NCBI GenBank assembly: GCA_965203305.1
Contig: OZ241874.1
Span: 3,697,687 to 3,761,686 of the forward strand
DNA length: 64,000 bases
Direction of reading: 5' to 3'
Source of the DNA: Rhodothermales bacterium
Lineage (GTDB): Bacteria > Bacteroidota > Rhodothermia > Rhodothermales > Bin80
Shown here: positions 29,659 through 39,890 of the stretch, piece after piece
How the letters are laid out: every line of letters begins with the position of its first letter
Position numbering within the stretch: the stretch's first letter is position 1
The notes under the pieces: generated by a model
What the model was told of the DNA's origin: nothing
Database searches by the model: none
What the model saw: the letters and a program-made list of their open reading frames with translations, nothing else
Made by a program: the position numbers and the translations under genes

Positions 29659-32517
29659 ATGTCACATCCCAGCCCTCGTGATTACATCAGCGTTCGGGGA
29701 GCGCGTCAGCATAACCTGAAAAACTTTGATCTGGTCCTTCCCAAACGCAACCTGGTAGTTGTGACGGGTCCGTCCGGTTCTGGAAAATCAAGCCTGGCCT
29801 TTGACACCATCTTTGCGGAGGGACAGCGGCGGTATATGGAGAGTCTGAGCTCGTATGCCCGCCAGTTCCTGGAACGCATGGACAAGCCCGATGTGGACAT
29901 GATCACGGGGCTTGCCCCGGCAATTTCGATTGAACAGCGCGTACTGTCCAAAAACCCGCGATCCACGGTAGCCACCCAGACCGAAATCTATGATCATCTG
30001 CGTCTGCTGTATGCCCAGATCGGCAAAATTATATCTCCCATCAGCGGGAAGGAGGTCACGAGAGATACCCCCCGTTCCATTGCGGATACCCTGCAATCCA
30101 GCCTTCCAGACGGAACCAGATTCTTTCTGACGTTTCCTGTACTGCAGCCTGAATCCGGGGCGTGGACGCTCGAGATCCTTATGCACAGAGGATATACTCG
30201 TCTCCTGTTTGTTTTGGACGGAAAACTGCATCTGGTTGACCTGACCGAAGCGGAGGAGTATGAGCTTGAGGATACGGTTAGATCCCTCCCGGGAGATTTG
30301 CGCTCTGCTATGGTGCTGCTGGACCGTCTCGCGGTCAGAAAAGATGATGAAAAGACAACCGGCAGGATTGCGGATTCCGTGGAAACAGCGTACCGGGAAG
30401 GAGACGGGAACTGCTCCATCCTCATTCCCTCTGCTGCTTCCAGAGATGATCTTGAATCCAGACTGGATTTCAGCTGGTGGCTGGAGCGCGACGGAATGGA
30501 GTTCATGGCACCTCAACCAAAGCTTTTTTCGTTCAGCAGCCCCATCGGTGCCTGCAAGTCCTGCAATGGATATGGCCGGTCCAAGGGACTGGACCGGGAG
30601 CTGGTCATCCCCGCCCCCGAACTGTCCCTCTCCAAAGGAGCAATCAAGCCCTTTGAGGGAGACAGCTGGTCAACATTCAAGGAAAAAATGCTTGCCTGTG
30701 CACGGAGCCACAATATCAATACGGAGGTCCCCTATAAAAGTCTGTCCAAAGCGGAAAAGCACATCCTGTGGCACGGTACCGGAGACTATAAGGGAATATT
30801 TGGCTTCTTTGAGTATCTGAAAGAGAATATTACCCGCTCTGGATATCGCTTTTACAATGCACGGTTTATGGGCTTCGGGGTTTGTATCAAATGTAACGGG
30901 GCCCGCCTTCGCCCGGAAGCCCTGTATGTCAAGATTGGCGGCAAACATATCGGGAAGATTTCGGAGATGACCATTCAGGAAGCCGAGGATTTTTTTGACA
31001 GCCTCGTGCTCACCGAATATGAACAGGAAGCAGCCGGAATCCTGATTCAGGAAATTCGCAAGCGGTTGCGCTTTCTGATTGATGTTGGTCTTGAATATAT
31101 CAATCTGGGCCGGCTTTCAGAGACACTCAGCGGCGGAGAGAGCCAGCGAATCCGTCTTGCCACGGCCCTGGGAAGTGCTCTGGTCGGAGCACTCTATGTG
31201 CTTGACGAGCCCACGATTGGACTGCATCCGCGGGACACATTGCGGCTTGTGGAGATTCTTAAAAAGATGCGTGACCTTGGCAATACAGTTATCGTTGTTG
31301 AGCATGATCCAGATGTAATCCGCAATGCAGATCACATTGTTGATCTGGGCCCTGAGTCAGGTATCCGGGGCGGAGAGTTAACATTTGAGGGGCCCATTGA
31401 CCAGCTGCTCCAGGACAGGTCTTCCCGGACCGGCTCCTATCTGAGCGGACATACCACCATCCCGGTCCCGAAAAAACGGCGCAGGCCGGACTGGAAACGT
31501 TCCATTGACATCTATGGCGCAGCCATTCACAACCTGAACAGTCTGAATGTTCGGTTTCCCATGGGATTGATCACTTGCGTGAGCGGAGTGAGTGGATCAG
31601 GAAAATCAACTCTGGTCAAGGAGGTTTTGTATCAGGGGCTCAAGAACCGGCTGGACCCCGAAGCCCAGACTTTTTCTGATACCCCCCCCTACCAGTCTCT
31701 GAACATGCACAGAAGCATTGACAATGTTCGGATCGTTGACCAGTCCCCCATCGGCCGATCCTCTCGGTCAAACCCGGTGACCTATGTGAATGCATTTGAT
31801 GCAATCCGCCTTCTCTTTGCCCGAACAGACCAGGCAAAAATGTATGAATACCAGCCGGGGTTCTTTTCTTTCAATATCCCGGGGGGACGCTGTGAAGAAT
31901 GCAGTGGCGAAGGAGTCATCAAGGTGGAAATGCAGTTTCTGGCCGATCTCTATCTCCCCTGTGACGAGTGTAACGGGACCCGGTACAAGGAAGAGATACT
32001 GCAGGTTTTGTACAAGGGAAAAAATATCCACGATGTGCTGAATCTGTCTGTGGACGAGGCACTGGAGTTTTTCAGCGACCAGCCGCGCCTGTGCCATCTG
32101 CTTGCCCCACTGAAGACCATAGGACTCGGATACCTAAAGCTGGGACAGCCTTCCCCGACACTGTCCGGCGGGGAGGCGCAGCGAATCAAGCTGGCTGGCT
32201 GCCTTGCTCAGCCTCCAAGCTATCATGTCGTCTACATCTTTGACGAACCGACAACTGGCCTGCATTTTGTGGATGTGGAAAAGCTCATTGACGCATTCAA
32301 TCAACTGGTGGAAGCAGAGCATACGGTCATCATCATAGAGCACAACCTGGACACCCTCAAGTGTGCGGACCATATCATTGATCTGGGGCCGGAGGGAGGA
32401 GAACATGGGGGGCGTATTGTAGCCTCCGGGACTCCAGAAGAAATTGCCCAGGTCCCGGAAAGCCATACAGGCCGTTTCCTGGCCTCCTTGCTGGCACTGG
32501 AAAAGAACGCCGCCTGA
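29659..32517 (+). CDS. uvrA: Excinuclease ABC subunit A
   Basis: I trimmed the start to ATG 29659 (MSHPSPRDYISVRGARQHNLKN). Two ABC modules (GPSGSGKSS and GVSGSGKST), LSGGE signatures and CxxC zinc modules. Confidence 0.95.
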   Translation: MSHPSPRDYISVRGARQHNLKNFDLVLPKRNLVVVTGPSGSGKSSLAFDTIFAEGQRRYMESLSSYARQFLERMDKPDVDMITGLAPAISIEQRVLSKNPRSTVATQTEIYDHLRLLYAQIGKIISPISGKEVTRDTPRSIADTLQSSLPDGTRFFLTFPVLQPESGAWTLEILMHRGYTRLLFVLDGKLHLVDLTEAEEYELEDTVRSLPGDLRSAMVLLDRLAVRKDDEKTTGRIADSVETAYREGDGNCSILIPSAASRDDLESRLDFSWWLERDGMEFMAPQPKLFSFSSPIGACKSCNGYGRSKGLDRELVIPAPELSLSKGAIKPFEGDSWSTFKEKMLACARSHNINTEVPYKSLSKAEKHILWHGTGDYKGIFGFFEYLKENITRSGYRFYNARFMGFGVCIKCNGARLRPEALYVKIGGKHIGKISEMTIQEAEDFFDSLVLTEYEQEAAGILIQEIRKRLRFLIDVGLEYINLGRLSETLSGGESQRIRLATALGSALVGALYVLDEPTIGLHPRDTLRLVEILKKMRDLGNTVIVVEHDPDVIRNADHIVDLGPESGIRGGELTFEGPIDQLLQDRSSRTGSYLSGHTTIPVPKKRRRPDWKRSIDIYGAAIHNLNSLNVRFPMGLITCVSGVSGSGKSTLVKEVLYQGLKNRLDPEAQTFSDTPPYQSLNMHRSIDNVRIVDQSPIGRSSRSNPVTYVNAFDAIRLLFARTDQAKMYEYQPGFFSFNIPGGRCEECSGEGVIKVEMQFLADLYLPCDECNGTRYKEEILQVLYKGKNIHDVLNLSVDEALEFFSDQPRLCHLLAPLKTIGLGYLKLGQPSPTLSGGEAQRIKLAGCLAQPPSYHVVYIFDEPTTGLHFVDVEKLIDAFNQLVEAEHTVIIIEHNLDTLKCADHIIDLGPEGGEHGGRIVASGTPEEIAQVPESHTGRFLASLLALEKNAA

Positions 32518-32599
32518 GCACCTGTTCTGTTACTTTCCTGTTTCTGGCTGCGCCATCCCTTGAACGGTTCCCGATTTTTTTTCGCTCACTTGCCTTCTC

Positions 32600-33868
32600 T
32601 TGTGCATGTCGCCCTTTACTGATGTGCCGATGCACGCTCCGGTTGCTGGCCGGCGGATTGCACTATTCGCGGGGGCTTACAATCACATTTCGGACGGAGT
32701 TGCGCTCACGCTGAACCGGCTGGTTCGCTATCTGGAACATCGTGGAGCGAGGGTGCTCATTTTTGCCCCGACCACAAGCAGGCCTCCTGCTCTTGAGCAT
32801 GCCGGTACGCTGATCTCTGTGCCGTCCGTGCCATTTCCGGGCCGCAGTGACTATCGCCTGACGGTTGGACTCTCTAGAAAATGCTGGTCGCGTCTGGGGG
32901 CATTCGAGCCAGACATCGTGCACATTGCGACCCCGGACTATGCCGGAGCACAGGCACTGCGATGGGCAAAATCCCGGAATATTCCCGCAGTCTCTTCCTA
33001 TCATACGCACTTTGCATCTTACCTGAAGTATTTTGCGTCCTACAATCCGCTCTATCGTGCAGATATTCTTGAGAATACTGCCTGGCGGTACGGACGCTGG
33101 TTTTACAGCCAGGTCAAGCACATCTATGTTCCTTCCCCCAGCATTGCGGAAACATTGCGTTCCCAGGGGATTGCGGATGGTCTCAAAATCTGGGCCCGCG
33201 GAGTAGATTCAAAACGATTTTCTTCTGGACATCGCAGTCAAACATGGCGTTCATCATACGGATTTGCCAAAGAGGATGTGGTGATTGCCTATGTGGGGCG
33301 GCTGGTCTGGGAAAAGAACCTTTCTGTTCTTGCGGAGGTGCTTGAGAGGCTGAATGCACTCGGCATTGCGCATAAAAGCCTGGTGGTTGGGGATGGCCCG
33401 GCACGGGATGCACTGCGTGAGCGACTCCCGAATACCGTGTTCACGGGTCCTCTGCACGGGGATGAACTTGCCACAGCCTATGCATCCAGTGACATCTTTC
33501 TGTTTCCCAGCGAAACGGAGACCTTTGGCAATGTAACCCTGGAGGCAATGGCATCAGGGCTTCCTTCTGTATGCGCCAATGCAGGGGGCAGTGATCTTCT
33601 CGTACTTGATGGCAAGACGGGCTATCTGGCACCGCCGCAGGATTCTTCCGCGTTCCTTGCACATGTACGCAGACTTATTACAGACTCCTCTCTGAGAGAG
33701 AATCTGGGAAAAGCAGCCCGCAAGCGGGCAGCATCCTTTGAGTGGAACAATATCATGGGACATCTGGCCGGGTACTATCAGGAGATCTGGGAGCACTATC
33801 CAGCGCATCATGGCAGCGGGCTCGCCTCTGCCGGCTCTAATCTGCGCATTCAGAAGGCCGTTGCGTAG
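32600..33868 (+). CDS. Family-4 (GT-B) glycosyltransferase
   Basis: C-terminal GT1/GT4 catalytic segment SETETFGNVTLEAMASGLP. The start is uncertain (the internal Met MHAPVAG is also possible). Confidence 0.75.
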   Translation: MCMSPFTDVPMHAPVAGRRIALFAGAYNHISDGVALTLNRLVRYLEHRGARVLIFAPTTSRPPALEHAGTLISVPSVPFPGRSDYRLTVGLSRKCWSRLGAFEPDIVHIATPDYAGAQALRWAKSRNIPAVSSYHTHFASYLKYFASYNPLYRADILENTAWRYGRWFYSQVKHIYVPSPSIAETLRSQGIADGLKIWARGVDSKRFSSGHRSQTWRSSYGFAKEDVVIAYVGRLVWEKNLSVLAEVLERLNALGIAHKSLVVGDGPARDALRERLPNTVFTGPLHGDELATAYASSDIFLFPSETETFGNVTLEAMASGLPSVCANAGGSDLLVLDGKTGYLAPPQDSSAFLAHVRRLITDSSLRENLGKAARKRAASFEWNNIMGHLAGYYQEIWEHYPAHHGSGLASAGSNLRIQKAVA

Positions 33869-33870
33869 CT

Positions 33871-34950
33871 GTGCGCCTGCTGTTTGTTTCCCACTCGTTC
33901 CCTCCCGAGAATCATCCTCTCGAAAGTATTGGGGGCATGCAGCGCGTGGCCGTGGAGCTTGCGGATGCACTGGCCAAAAGAAATGATCTGTGCTATCAGC
34001 AGCTGATCCTGCGCAGCTCCTGGAAGTGGCATCACATTCAGTGTGCCCCCTGGCTGGCGGCAACAGCGATGCGCCTGCACAGAATGGCTGCGAACAAAGA
34101 AATGGATGTCGTGCTGTTCTCGTCAATGGTTACGGGAGCACTGGCCACACTGATCCGTAGCACATGCACGGACGCAAACATCAAACTGGCCGCGATTGCA
34201 CATGGCCGCGATGTAACGCTTCCCGGAATGTACCAGACCCTGCAAGTTCGCCGCACATTGAATGCTCTGGACCGTGTTCTGCCCGTCAGTCGGGCTACCG
34301 GGAAAGAATGTGCCAAACGGGGGATGCCTCCATCCCGCATTCAGGTAATTCCGAATGGGGTGATGATTTCAAGGTACACGCTTGGGTCCGGCAGTCGGGA
34401 CAGTGGTTTGCAGCTGCTCAGCGTTGGTCGCCTGGTCAAACGGAAGGGGTTTGCCTGGTTTGTGGATCAGGTCATGCCCAGACTCCCTTCCAATGTCCAT
34501 TATCGTATTGCAGGCACAGGACCAGAGAATGACGCAATTCAGAGGGCGGTGGCCTCGCGCGGGCTTGCGGGGCGTGTACACCTGCTAGGCCGCTGCTCTG
34601 ATGAGCATCTCACGAAACTCTACAGCGAGTCTGATCTTCTAATTATGCCGAATTTGCCTGTTGGGGGAGATATGGAAGGCTTCGGGGTCGTCATGCTGGA
34701 AGCTGGCGTATCGGGAACCCCGGCGATTGCCGCAGATCTGGAAGGCATTCGGGATGTGATTACAGATGGAATCAATGGAAGACTCGTGCGGAGCGGGGAT
34801 GCTGCAAAATTCAGGGAAGCGATTCTGAATTACCCCACAACCCCGGAAGTACGCGAACAAGCACACAAGCATACAGTCCAGAAATTCAGCTGGACAAGCG
34901 TTGCCGAACTCTATGCCAGCCATCTTCATGATCTACAAACCCATGGGTAG
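33871..34950 (+). CDS. Family-4 (GT-B) glycosyltransferase
   Basis: GTG start. MRLLFVSHSFPPE N-terminus and the MEGFGVVMLEAGVSGTP segment. Confidence 0.75.
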   Translation: MRLLFVSHSFPPENHPLESIGGMQRVAVELADALAKRNDLCYQQLILRSSWKWHHIQCAPWLAATAMRLHRMAANKEMDVVLFSSMVTGALATLIRSTCTDANIKLAAIAHGRDVTLPGMYQTLQVRRTLNALDRVLPVSRATGKECAKRGMPPSRIQVIPNGVMISRYTLGSGSRDSGLQLLSVGRLVKRKGFAWFVDQVMPRLPSNVHYRIAGTGPENDAIQRAVASRGLAGRVHLLGRCSDEHLTKLYSESDLLIMPNLPVGGDMEGFGVVMLEAGVSGTPAIAADLEGIRDVITDGINGRLVRSGDAAKFREAILNYPTTPEVREQAHKHTVQKFSWTSVAELYASHLHDLQTHG

Positions 34951-35130
34951 CACTGTTACCGATTGACACTGTCATGTCTCCCTGATCTGTCCCCTGCATA
35001 CGCCTGAGGCATGATGTAGCAACTCCCTGTACGAAGTATGGGCACAGTCACACAGCCTGATCAATGAACTCTGAGACACAGTACGGAGCATATTCCGCCC
35101 GGGTCTCCACTGCGAAATGACGAGTGTGTG

Positions 35131-35718
35131 CTAGGGGCAAGAGACCGTAACAAGTATTTTGCCCCCGTATTCCCCCTCTCGTGCCCCTTCTGGAATAAAT
35201 ACATCCCCTCCAAACTGAAAATGTCTGGACCCGGTGTCCCCCTCTTCCCGGGTAAATCGAAAATCTCTTTCGAACAGAGTAAATGGCCCACCCGATTCTT
35301 TGGAATAGGCCCACCGCAGACGAAATCTGAGATCGCTGCCGTCTGTATCTGATTTTCCATTGCTGTCAGACTCAACAAACCCAACATTGATCAAAATGTA
35401 CCCCGCATTGAGTGAGGACAGGGACAGTTTGCCAATCATTGGATTGCCTTCAGGGGCGAGCTCGTTATCGTCATCATCCACATACGAGTATTTCCCATTG
35501 TTAGGAACAGGATCCCACTTCGCCGTTCTCGTCCCCTCCCCCAATCCTGGCACTTGCACTGTACCGTAATCCAGGTCCTGTACTCCGCCCAAGGTACATT
35601 CGGGATCCACACGAACGAGTTTTATCCTCACGGGAACAATCCTGGAGTCGCTGCCACTTTGTGCAACAACTTTGGCAGCCAAGAGCACGACAAGTAGCGC
35701 AAAGCACAGAACTTTCAT
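35131..35718 (-). CDS. Secreted DUF4402 / spore-coat-U-like protein
   Basis: Signal peptide MKVLCFALLVVLLAAKVVAQ. C-terminal GEYGGKILVTVSCP resembles the G-x-Y-x-G...V-x-V end of DUF4402-type pilin-like proteins. The family assignment is from memory only. Confidence 0.45.
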   Translation of the reverse strand: MKVLCFALLVVLLAAKVVAQSGSDSRIVPVRIKLVRVDPECTLGGVQDLDYGTVQVPGLGEGTRTAKWDPVPNNGKYSYVDDDDNELAPEGNPMIGKLSLSSLNAGYILINVGFVESDSNGKSDTDGSDLRFRLRWAYSKESGGPFTLFERDFRFTREEGDTGSRHFQFGGDVFIPEGAREGEYGGKILVTVSCP

Positions 35719-35936
35719 CCTGGGATTTCCCTCGGAGACACGAATATCCGGGATTTGCCGGGACGGGCTGACTTCAGAATAGTCTCCACCTCTGCTTTAT
35801 CCCTCCCCGATTTCGCGTCGCCATAGCCTCGGCCAACTCCGCCTGAATATGTAACGGGAACGAAGGAGCTTCCCATACCCCTGCGCTGAACTCTTGCAAC
35901 TTGTCCTTGAAGCCAGATCAGGTCAGTCGGGATGGA

Positions 35937-37151
35937 CTAAAAGACCATCTCGGCACACTCGCTCACGGACATTGCCAGGTCTTCCTGGCCTGTCTGGGCA
36001 TACGCCTGAAACAGAGCTGCACAAATCTCCTGCACAGAGCGTCCCTCTTCCATCTCTGCGAGATTTCTGGCCTCTTCAAGTGGGAGAATTGAGTCCCAAT
36101 ACAGCCCCCTGCGTTCTTCTATAAGCAAATCAATCTCATCCTGAATAAATTGCTCTTCCTCTTCTGAGAGATCATCTCTCCGTGCACGCATGTCGTCATC
36201 TAGGGCAGAAATCTGAGCCTGCACCAAGTTCGCTTTATTGATGTAGGCTGCCCCCCAATTATAAAAGGCATCTGTGTACTCTGGATCAAGCTGTACCGCC
36301 ATCTCCAGTTGCTCTATAGCCTCATCATACTGTTCATTTTGCAGGAGAAGGGAGCCATAGTTGTATCTGTAAATTTTGTTTTTCGGGTAATTCTGAACTG
36401 ACTCTGCGTACTTTTCAAGCGCACGATCATTTTGCCCTGTTTGCCCATACGCATTCAGCAGAAAATCCTGCAATTCCGAACTGTCGGGATATATCCGGCT
36501 GGCCTCTTCCAGAACGGGTATGGCATCCTGTACCTGACCAGGCGTGGTGAGATAAATTCGGGACAGGTAACTGTACACCTCATAATCGGGTCCACCATAC
36601 TCTATGGCCAATTTCAGAGGCTTGATGGCATCCTGGGTATCCCCCGCTCCAATCAGGGCATACGCCCAGTTCATGTACGCTCCTGCCGAATCTGGAGATA
36701 CAATCGAACTTGCCTGAAAATACCTGGCCGAATTCCGAAAGTGCTCCGCCTGCAGGCTGTCATCATCAGTCACAGACTGAGCATTGCCAAATTCTTCAAT
36801 GCCCTGATAAAATGTCTGCCTATAAAAGATCTGCATCCGGTTGTTCACCTGCTCCCCTTCCCTGGGACGAAGCTCCACCACCCTGTTATATGCCTCCACC
36901 ATTTCCTGTACATGCATCAAATATCCCTCCGCCAGGCTCTGTGAAGCCTGTGAATCATGGATGCGGGCCAAGAGATCCCAGGTCTTGTGGTCATCAGGCT
37001 TTTTTGCCAGCAACTCCTGTGCGAGAGTCATTGCTTCCTCATATTCTCCTCGGTCAAGTGCACGATTTGCCTTGCGGAGTTGTGCCTGACTCTGAGGAAC
37101 TACAGCCTGTACGGAAAAGACGAGTGCAATAATTAAAAGAGCCTGTTTCAT
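35937..37151 (-). CDS. Secreted TPR-repeat protein
   Basis: I trimmed the start to ATG 37151 (MKQALLIIALVFSVQAVVPQSQA). Repeated A/Y/L-rich 34-aa-type helical repeats (e.g. YDEAIEQLEMAVQLDPEYTDAFYNWGAAY). Confidence 0.7.
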   Translation of the reverse strand: MKQALLIIALVFSVQAVVPQSQAQLRKANRALDRGEYEEAMTLAQELLAKKPDDHKTWDLLARIHDSQASQSLAEGYLMHVQEMVEAYNRVVELRPREGEQVNNRMQIFYRQTFYQGIEEFGNAQSVTDDDSLQAEHFRNSARYFQASSIVSPDSAGAYMNWAYALIGAGDTQDAIKPLKLAIEYGGPDYEVYSYLSRIYLTTPGQVQDAIPVLEEASRIYPDSSELQDFLLNAYGQTGQNDRALEKYAESVQNYPKNKIYRYNYGSLLLQNEQYDEAIEQLEMAVQLDPEYTDAFYNWGAAYINKANLVQAQISALDDDMRARRDDLSEEEEQFIQDEIDLLIEERRGLYWDSILPLEEARNLAEMEEGRSVQEICAALFQAYAQTGQEDLAMSVSECAEMVF

Positions 37152-37638
37152 GGTACTCGGAATAATGTTGTACAACGCCTGAATTTTACACGCAGGATAC
37201 TGGCTGCTGGAATTTTATGAGTGTGGGTTCAACCCGTCTGAAACGCGAACATCATGTACACATTTTTTTTCTGGACGAAAGTTATGTTGCACTGTGCCGT
37301 GAAAACGCATGCGTCAAAAAAACAGACAACCGCTGGGGCCAACTGAATCCGCCAGTTTTATGCTCCCCCGAAAAGCAAATATACAAATCCAAGAGTTTTA
37401 GGTTCTGTCCTGACAGTTACGGATCAAGGTCTGAAACTGGGCATTTGTAAAGAGAGGGGCTTGGAAGCATGAAGAGGCACTGGCGAAATTCTCACATATC
37501 CGCTGTATCGTACACTGCAAGCATTCGCAAAACAATCACCGGCACCGAGCATCTGGACACTCAGAGATACAAGGTCGTTAGCCTTACGCTGTATAAAGTT
37601 ACATGAACCAGAGTTGTGGTAGTTGAAACTCCCATCTA

Positions 37639-39801
37639 TCATTCCGCACCCCAAGCATACAGATTCCTTGTCAGCAAGGTCGCGGGAAAAACGAGTGGAC
37701 AGCCGTGGTAACGCAGAAGTGCACCTGCCGTTTGCAATGTCCATCCGGTATGCGTCAACCCATCCAGCAGAAGCACGGGCTCGGAGACGGGATCAATAAC
37801 CTTGAACTCTTCCGCCACATTCATCGCTCTCTGGATAGCGTTGCGGCGCGTTCTCTGTGGTTTCGCAGTTCCGTTCCGCCCAATCGCTTCCACTAGACGC
37901 AGTCCCAGCAGAGATGCCACTTTCTCTGCCAGATGGGGCACATGTCGGGTTCCTGAATGAGGAGGAACAAATGTAACATATTTAACCCCATACTCTCGAA
38001 CTTGATCATGCAAGGCATGCACAAAACCCTGAATCACAACATCGGGAAAATACAAGGCTGACTTCCTCGCGTTCCATATATCATCTCCTTGTCCTCCATC
38101 AAAGGCCTGCCGGAAGGCAAGACCTGTTTCCAGCATATATCCCGTTGGGATAGTGAGAAGGTTGTGTATCGGGTGAGAAGATATCTCGTTGTATGGCCAC
38201 CTCTTTTTGGCGGGAATTCGAAAGGTTCGCTTTTCCATAAATACCTCTGCCTCACGGATTAAATCTCTTTGAGGCTCTGGTACCGAAGCCCCCAAGCATA
38301 TCTGACACCTGCCGCAGGGCCTAGCATGTGGATCGTCCAGTGCTCGTTGTAGAAACTCCATGAGACAGTCCGTGTGCCTCATGTATTCTTGCATCTGCAC
38401 ACGATCTCTCTGTCGGGCATTCTTGATGCGGGCAATTCGTTCTGGTGGTATCTTGAAGTCAAGGATATCTGCCTGAGCATACCATTTCCAATCCCTCTCT
38501 TGTGTAACGGGAGCAGGAGATTCCAGCGAGGCCAGTTTCAGTATTTTCTTCACCAAGTCTTGGGGTAGATTGACCTGGGCTAGAATATCCTTGAGGCGTA
38601 GCCCATCTTCGGCATCATCCAGCAACTCCATCACAGCATCAATTTCGGACTGGTCAGGAAAAGCATTGTCCATGAAAAAGTCAGTGATCTGTTCATCTTC
38701 CTCCCCGCGTAATAAAATCCCGTGGGCATCATCCAGTCTCCTGCCAGCCCGACCGACCTGCTGGTAATAATGGACTACGGAGGGTGGCCTCTGGAAGTGA
38801 AGGACAAAGGAGAGATCCGGCTTGTCAAACCCCATCCCCAGTGCCACTGTAGATACCAATACATCAAGATTGTTATTTTGCAGGGCCGTTTCCAGTTCAA
38901 TTTTGCGATCCTCCTTTCCGTAATAAGCAGCTGCATTTAATCCCTTGTGCACTAGCCAGTCTGCGACCAGGGAAACATCCTTGTGAGTCAGAGCATAGAT
39001 GATCCCACTGCCTTGAATCAGCCCTTGTATAATGGCTTGATATATCCAGCCCAGTCTCTCCGCAGAGCCTGGCATATCGGGAATTCGATAGAGTAGTAGG
39101 CTTTTGCGAACCAGATTGCCTCGATGAATTTGAATGTCGCGCCCCAACTGCTCCCGCACATCCCCGACAACCCTGTCGTTTGCGGTAGCGGTAGTTGCCA
39201 CAATAGCAGAATTACGTGGAATGCGCTCTTGAATCCGTCGGATGCGCTGAAAGTCAGGGCGAAAGTCATGCCCCCAGTCAGACAAGCAGTGCGCTTCATC
39301 TATGATCAGCATTCCAATTGCATGTTTTGCAAGCACAGGAAGCGTCTCATATTCAAAATCAACCGTGGCCAAACGTTCTGGCGTAACCATTAGTATGTCT
39401 ACCCGATTTTTCGTAATCTGTGCGTGTAGCTCATTCAAGTTTTTGGCCACATCTCCCGAAAGCATCACCGCATTCAGTCCCACTGTCTTTGCCGCTTCAC
39501 ATTGATTACGCATAAGTGCTAGGAGCGGAGAAACCATCAAAGAAAGTCCCTTTCCTCTGCTCCGCAGTATCTTAGTGGCAATCATATACACCATGGTCTT
39601 CCCCCACCCCGTCGCTTGTACCACCAAGACTCTGTTCTCATTAATCAACTCCTGAATGCTCTCCCATTGACCATTACGAAATTGAGCATTGGGATCGTCA
39701 ACTGCGTCCCGCAAATACTGAAGTGCGATTTCTTTGAGGCTGGATGGGCGATTTTCCATGATAACTGTCACATCAGTATTTCTTGGACTTTCGACACTCA
39801 C
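37639..39801 (-). CDS. RecQ-family DNA helicase fused to a C-terminal ComF/phosphoribosyltransferase-like domain
   Basis: Walker A ATGWGKT. IIDEAHCLSDWGHDFRPDF (the RecQ DEAH box). YYQQVGRAGR. Zn-binding CLMEFL...CGRCQIC. The C-terminal ~170 aa contain a PRTase-type loop, VLLLDGLTHTGWT. Confidence 0.8.
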   Translation of the reverse strand: MSVESPRNTDVTVIMENRPSSLKEIALQYLRDAVDDPNAQFRNGQWESIQELINENRVLVVQATGWGKTMVYMIATKILRSRGKGLSLMVSPLLALMRNQCEAAKTVGLNAVMLSGDVAKNLNELHAQITKNRVDILMVTPERLATVDFEYETLPVLAKHAIGMLIIDEAHCLSDWGHDFRPDFQRIRRIQERIPRNSAIVATTATANDRVVGDVREQLGRDIQIHRGNLVRKSLLLYRIPDMPGSAERLGWIYQAIIQGLIQGSGIIYALTHKDVSLVADWLVHKGLNAAAYYGKEDRKIELETALQNNNLDVLVSTVALGMGFDKPDLSFVLHFQRPPSVVHYYQQVGRAGRRLDDAHGILLRGEEDEQITDFFMDNAFPDQSEIDAVMELLDDAEDGLRLKDILAQVNLPQDLVKKILKLASLESPAPVTQERDWKWYAQADILDFKIPPERIARIKNARQRDRVQMQEYMRHTDCLMEFLQRALDDPHARPCGRCQICLGASVPEPQRDLIREAEVFMEKRTFRIPAKKRWPYNEISSHPIHNLLTIPTGYMLETGLAFRQAFDGGQGDDIWNARKSALYFPDVVIQGFVHALHDQVREYGVKYVTFVPPHSGTRHVPHLAEKVASLLGLRLVEAIGRNGTAKPQRTRRNAIQRAMNVAEEFKVIDPVSEPVLLLDGLTHTGWTLQTAGALLRYHGCPLVFPATLLTRNLYAWGAE

Positions 39802-39890
39802 CAGTAGGCATGGTGCTAGTTGGGGTTGCTTTTCACTTGACTAAAACTGCGGATAGTCAGGGGGTGATCCCTTTCTAACACTAATACCGC

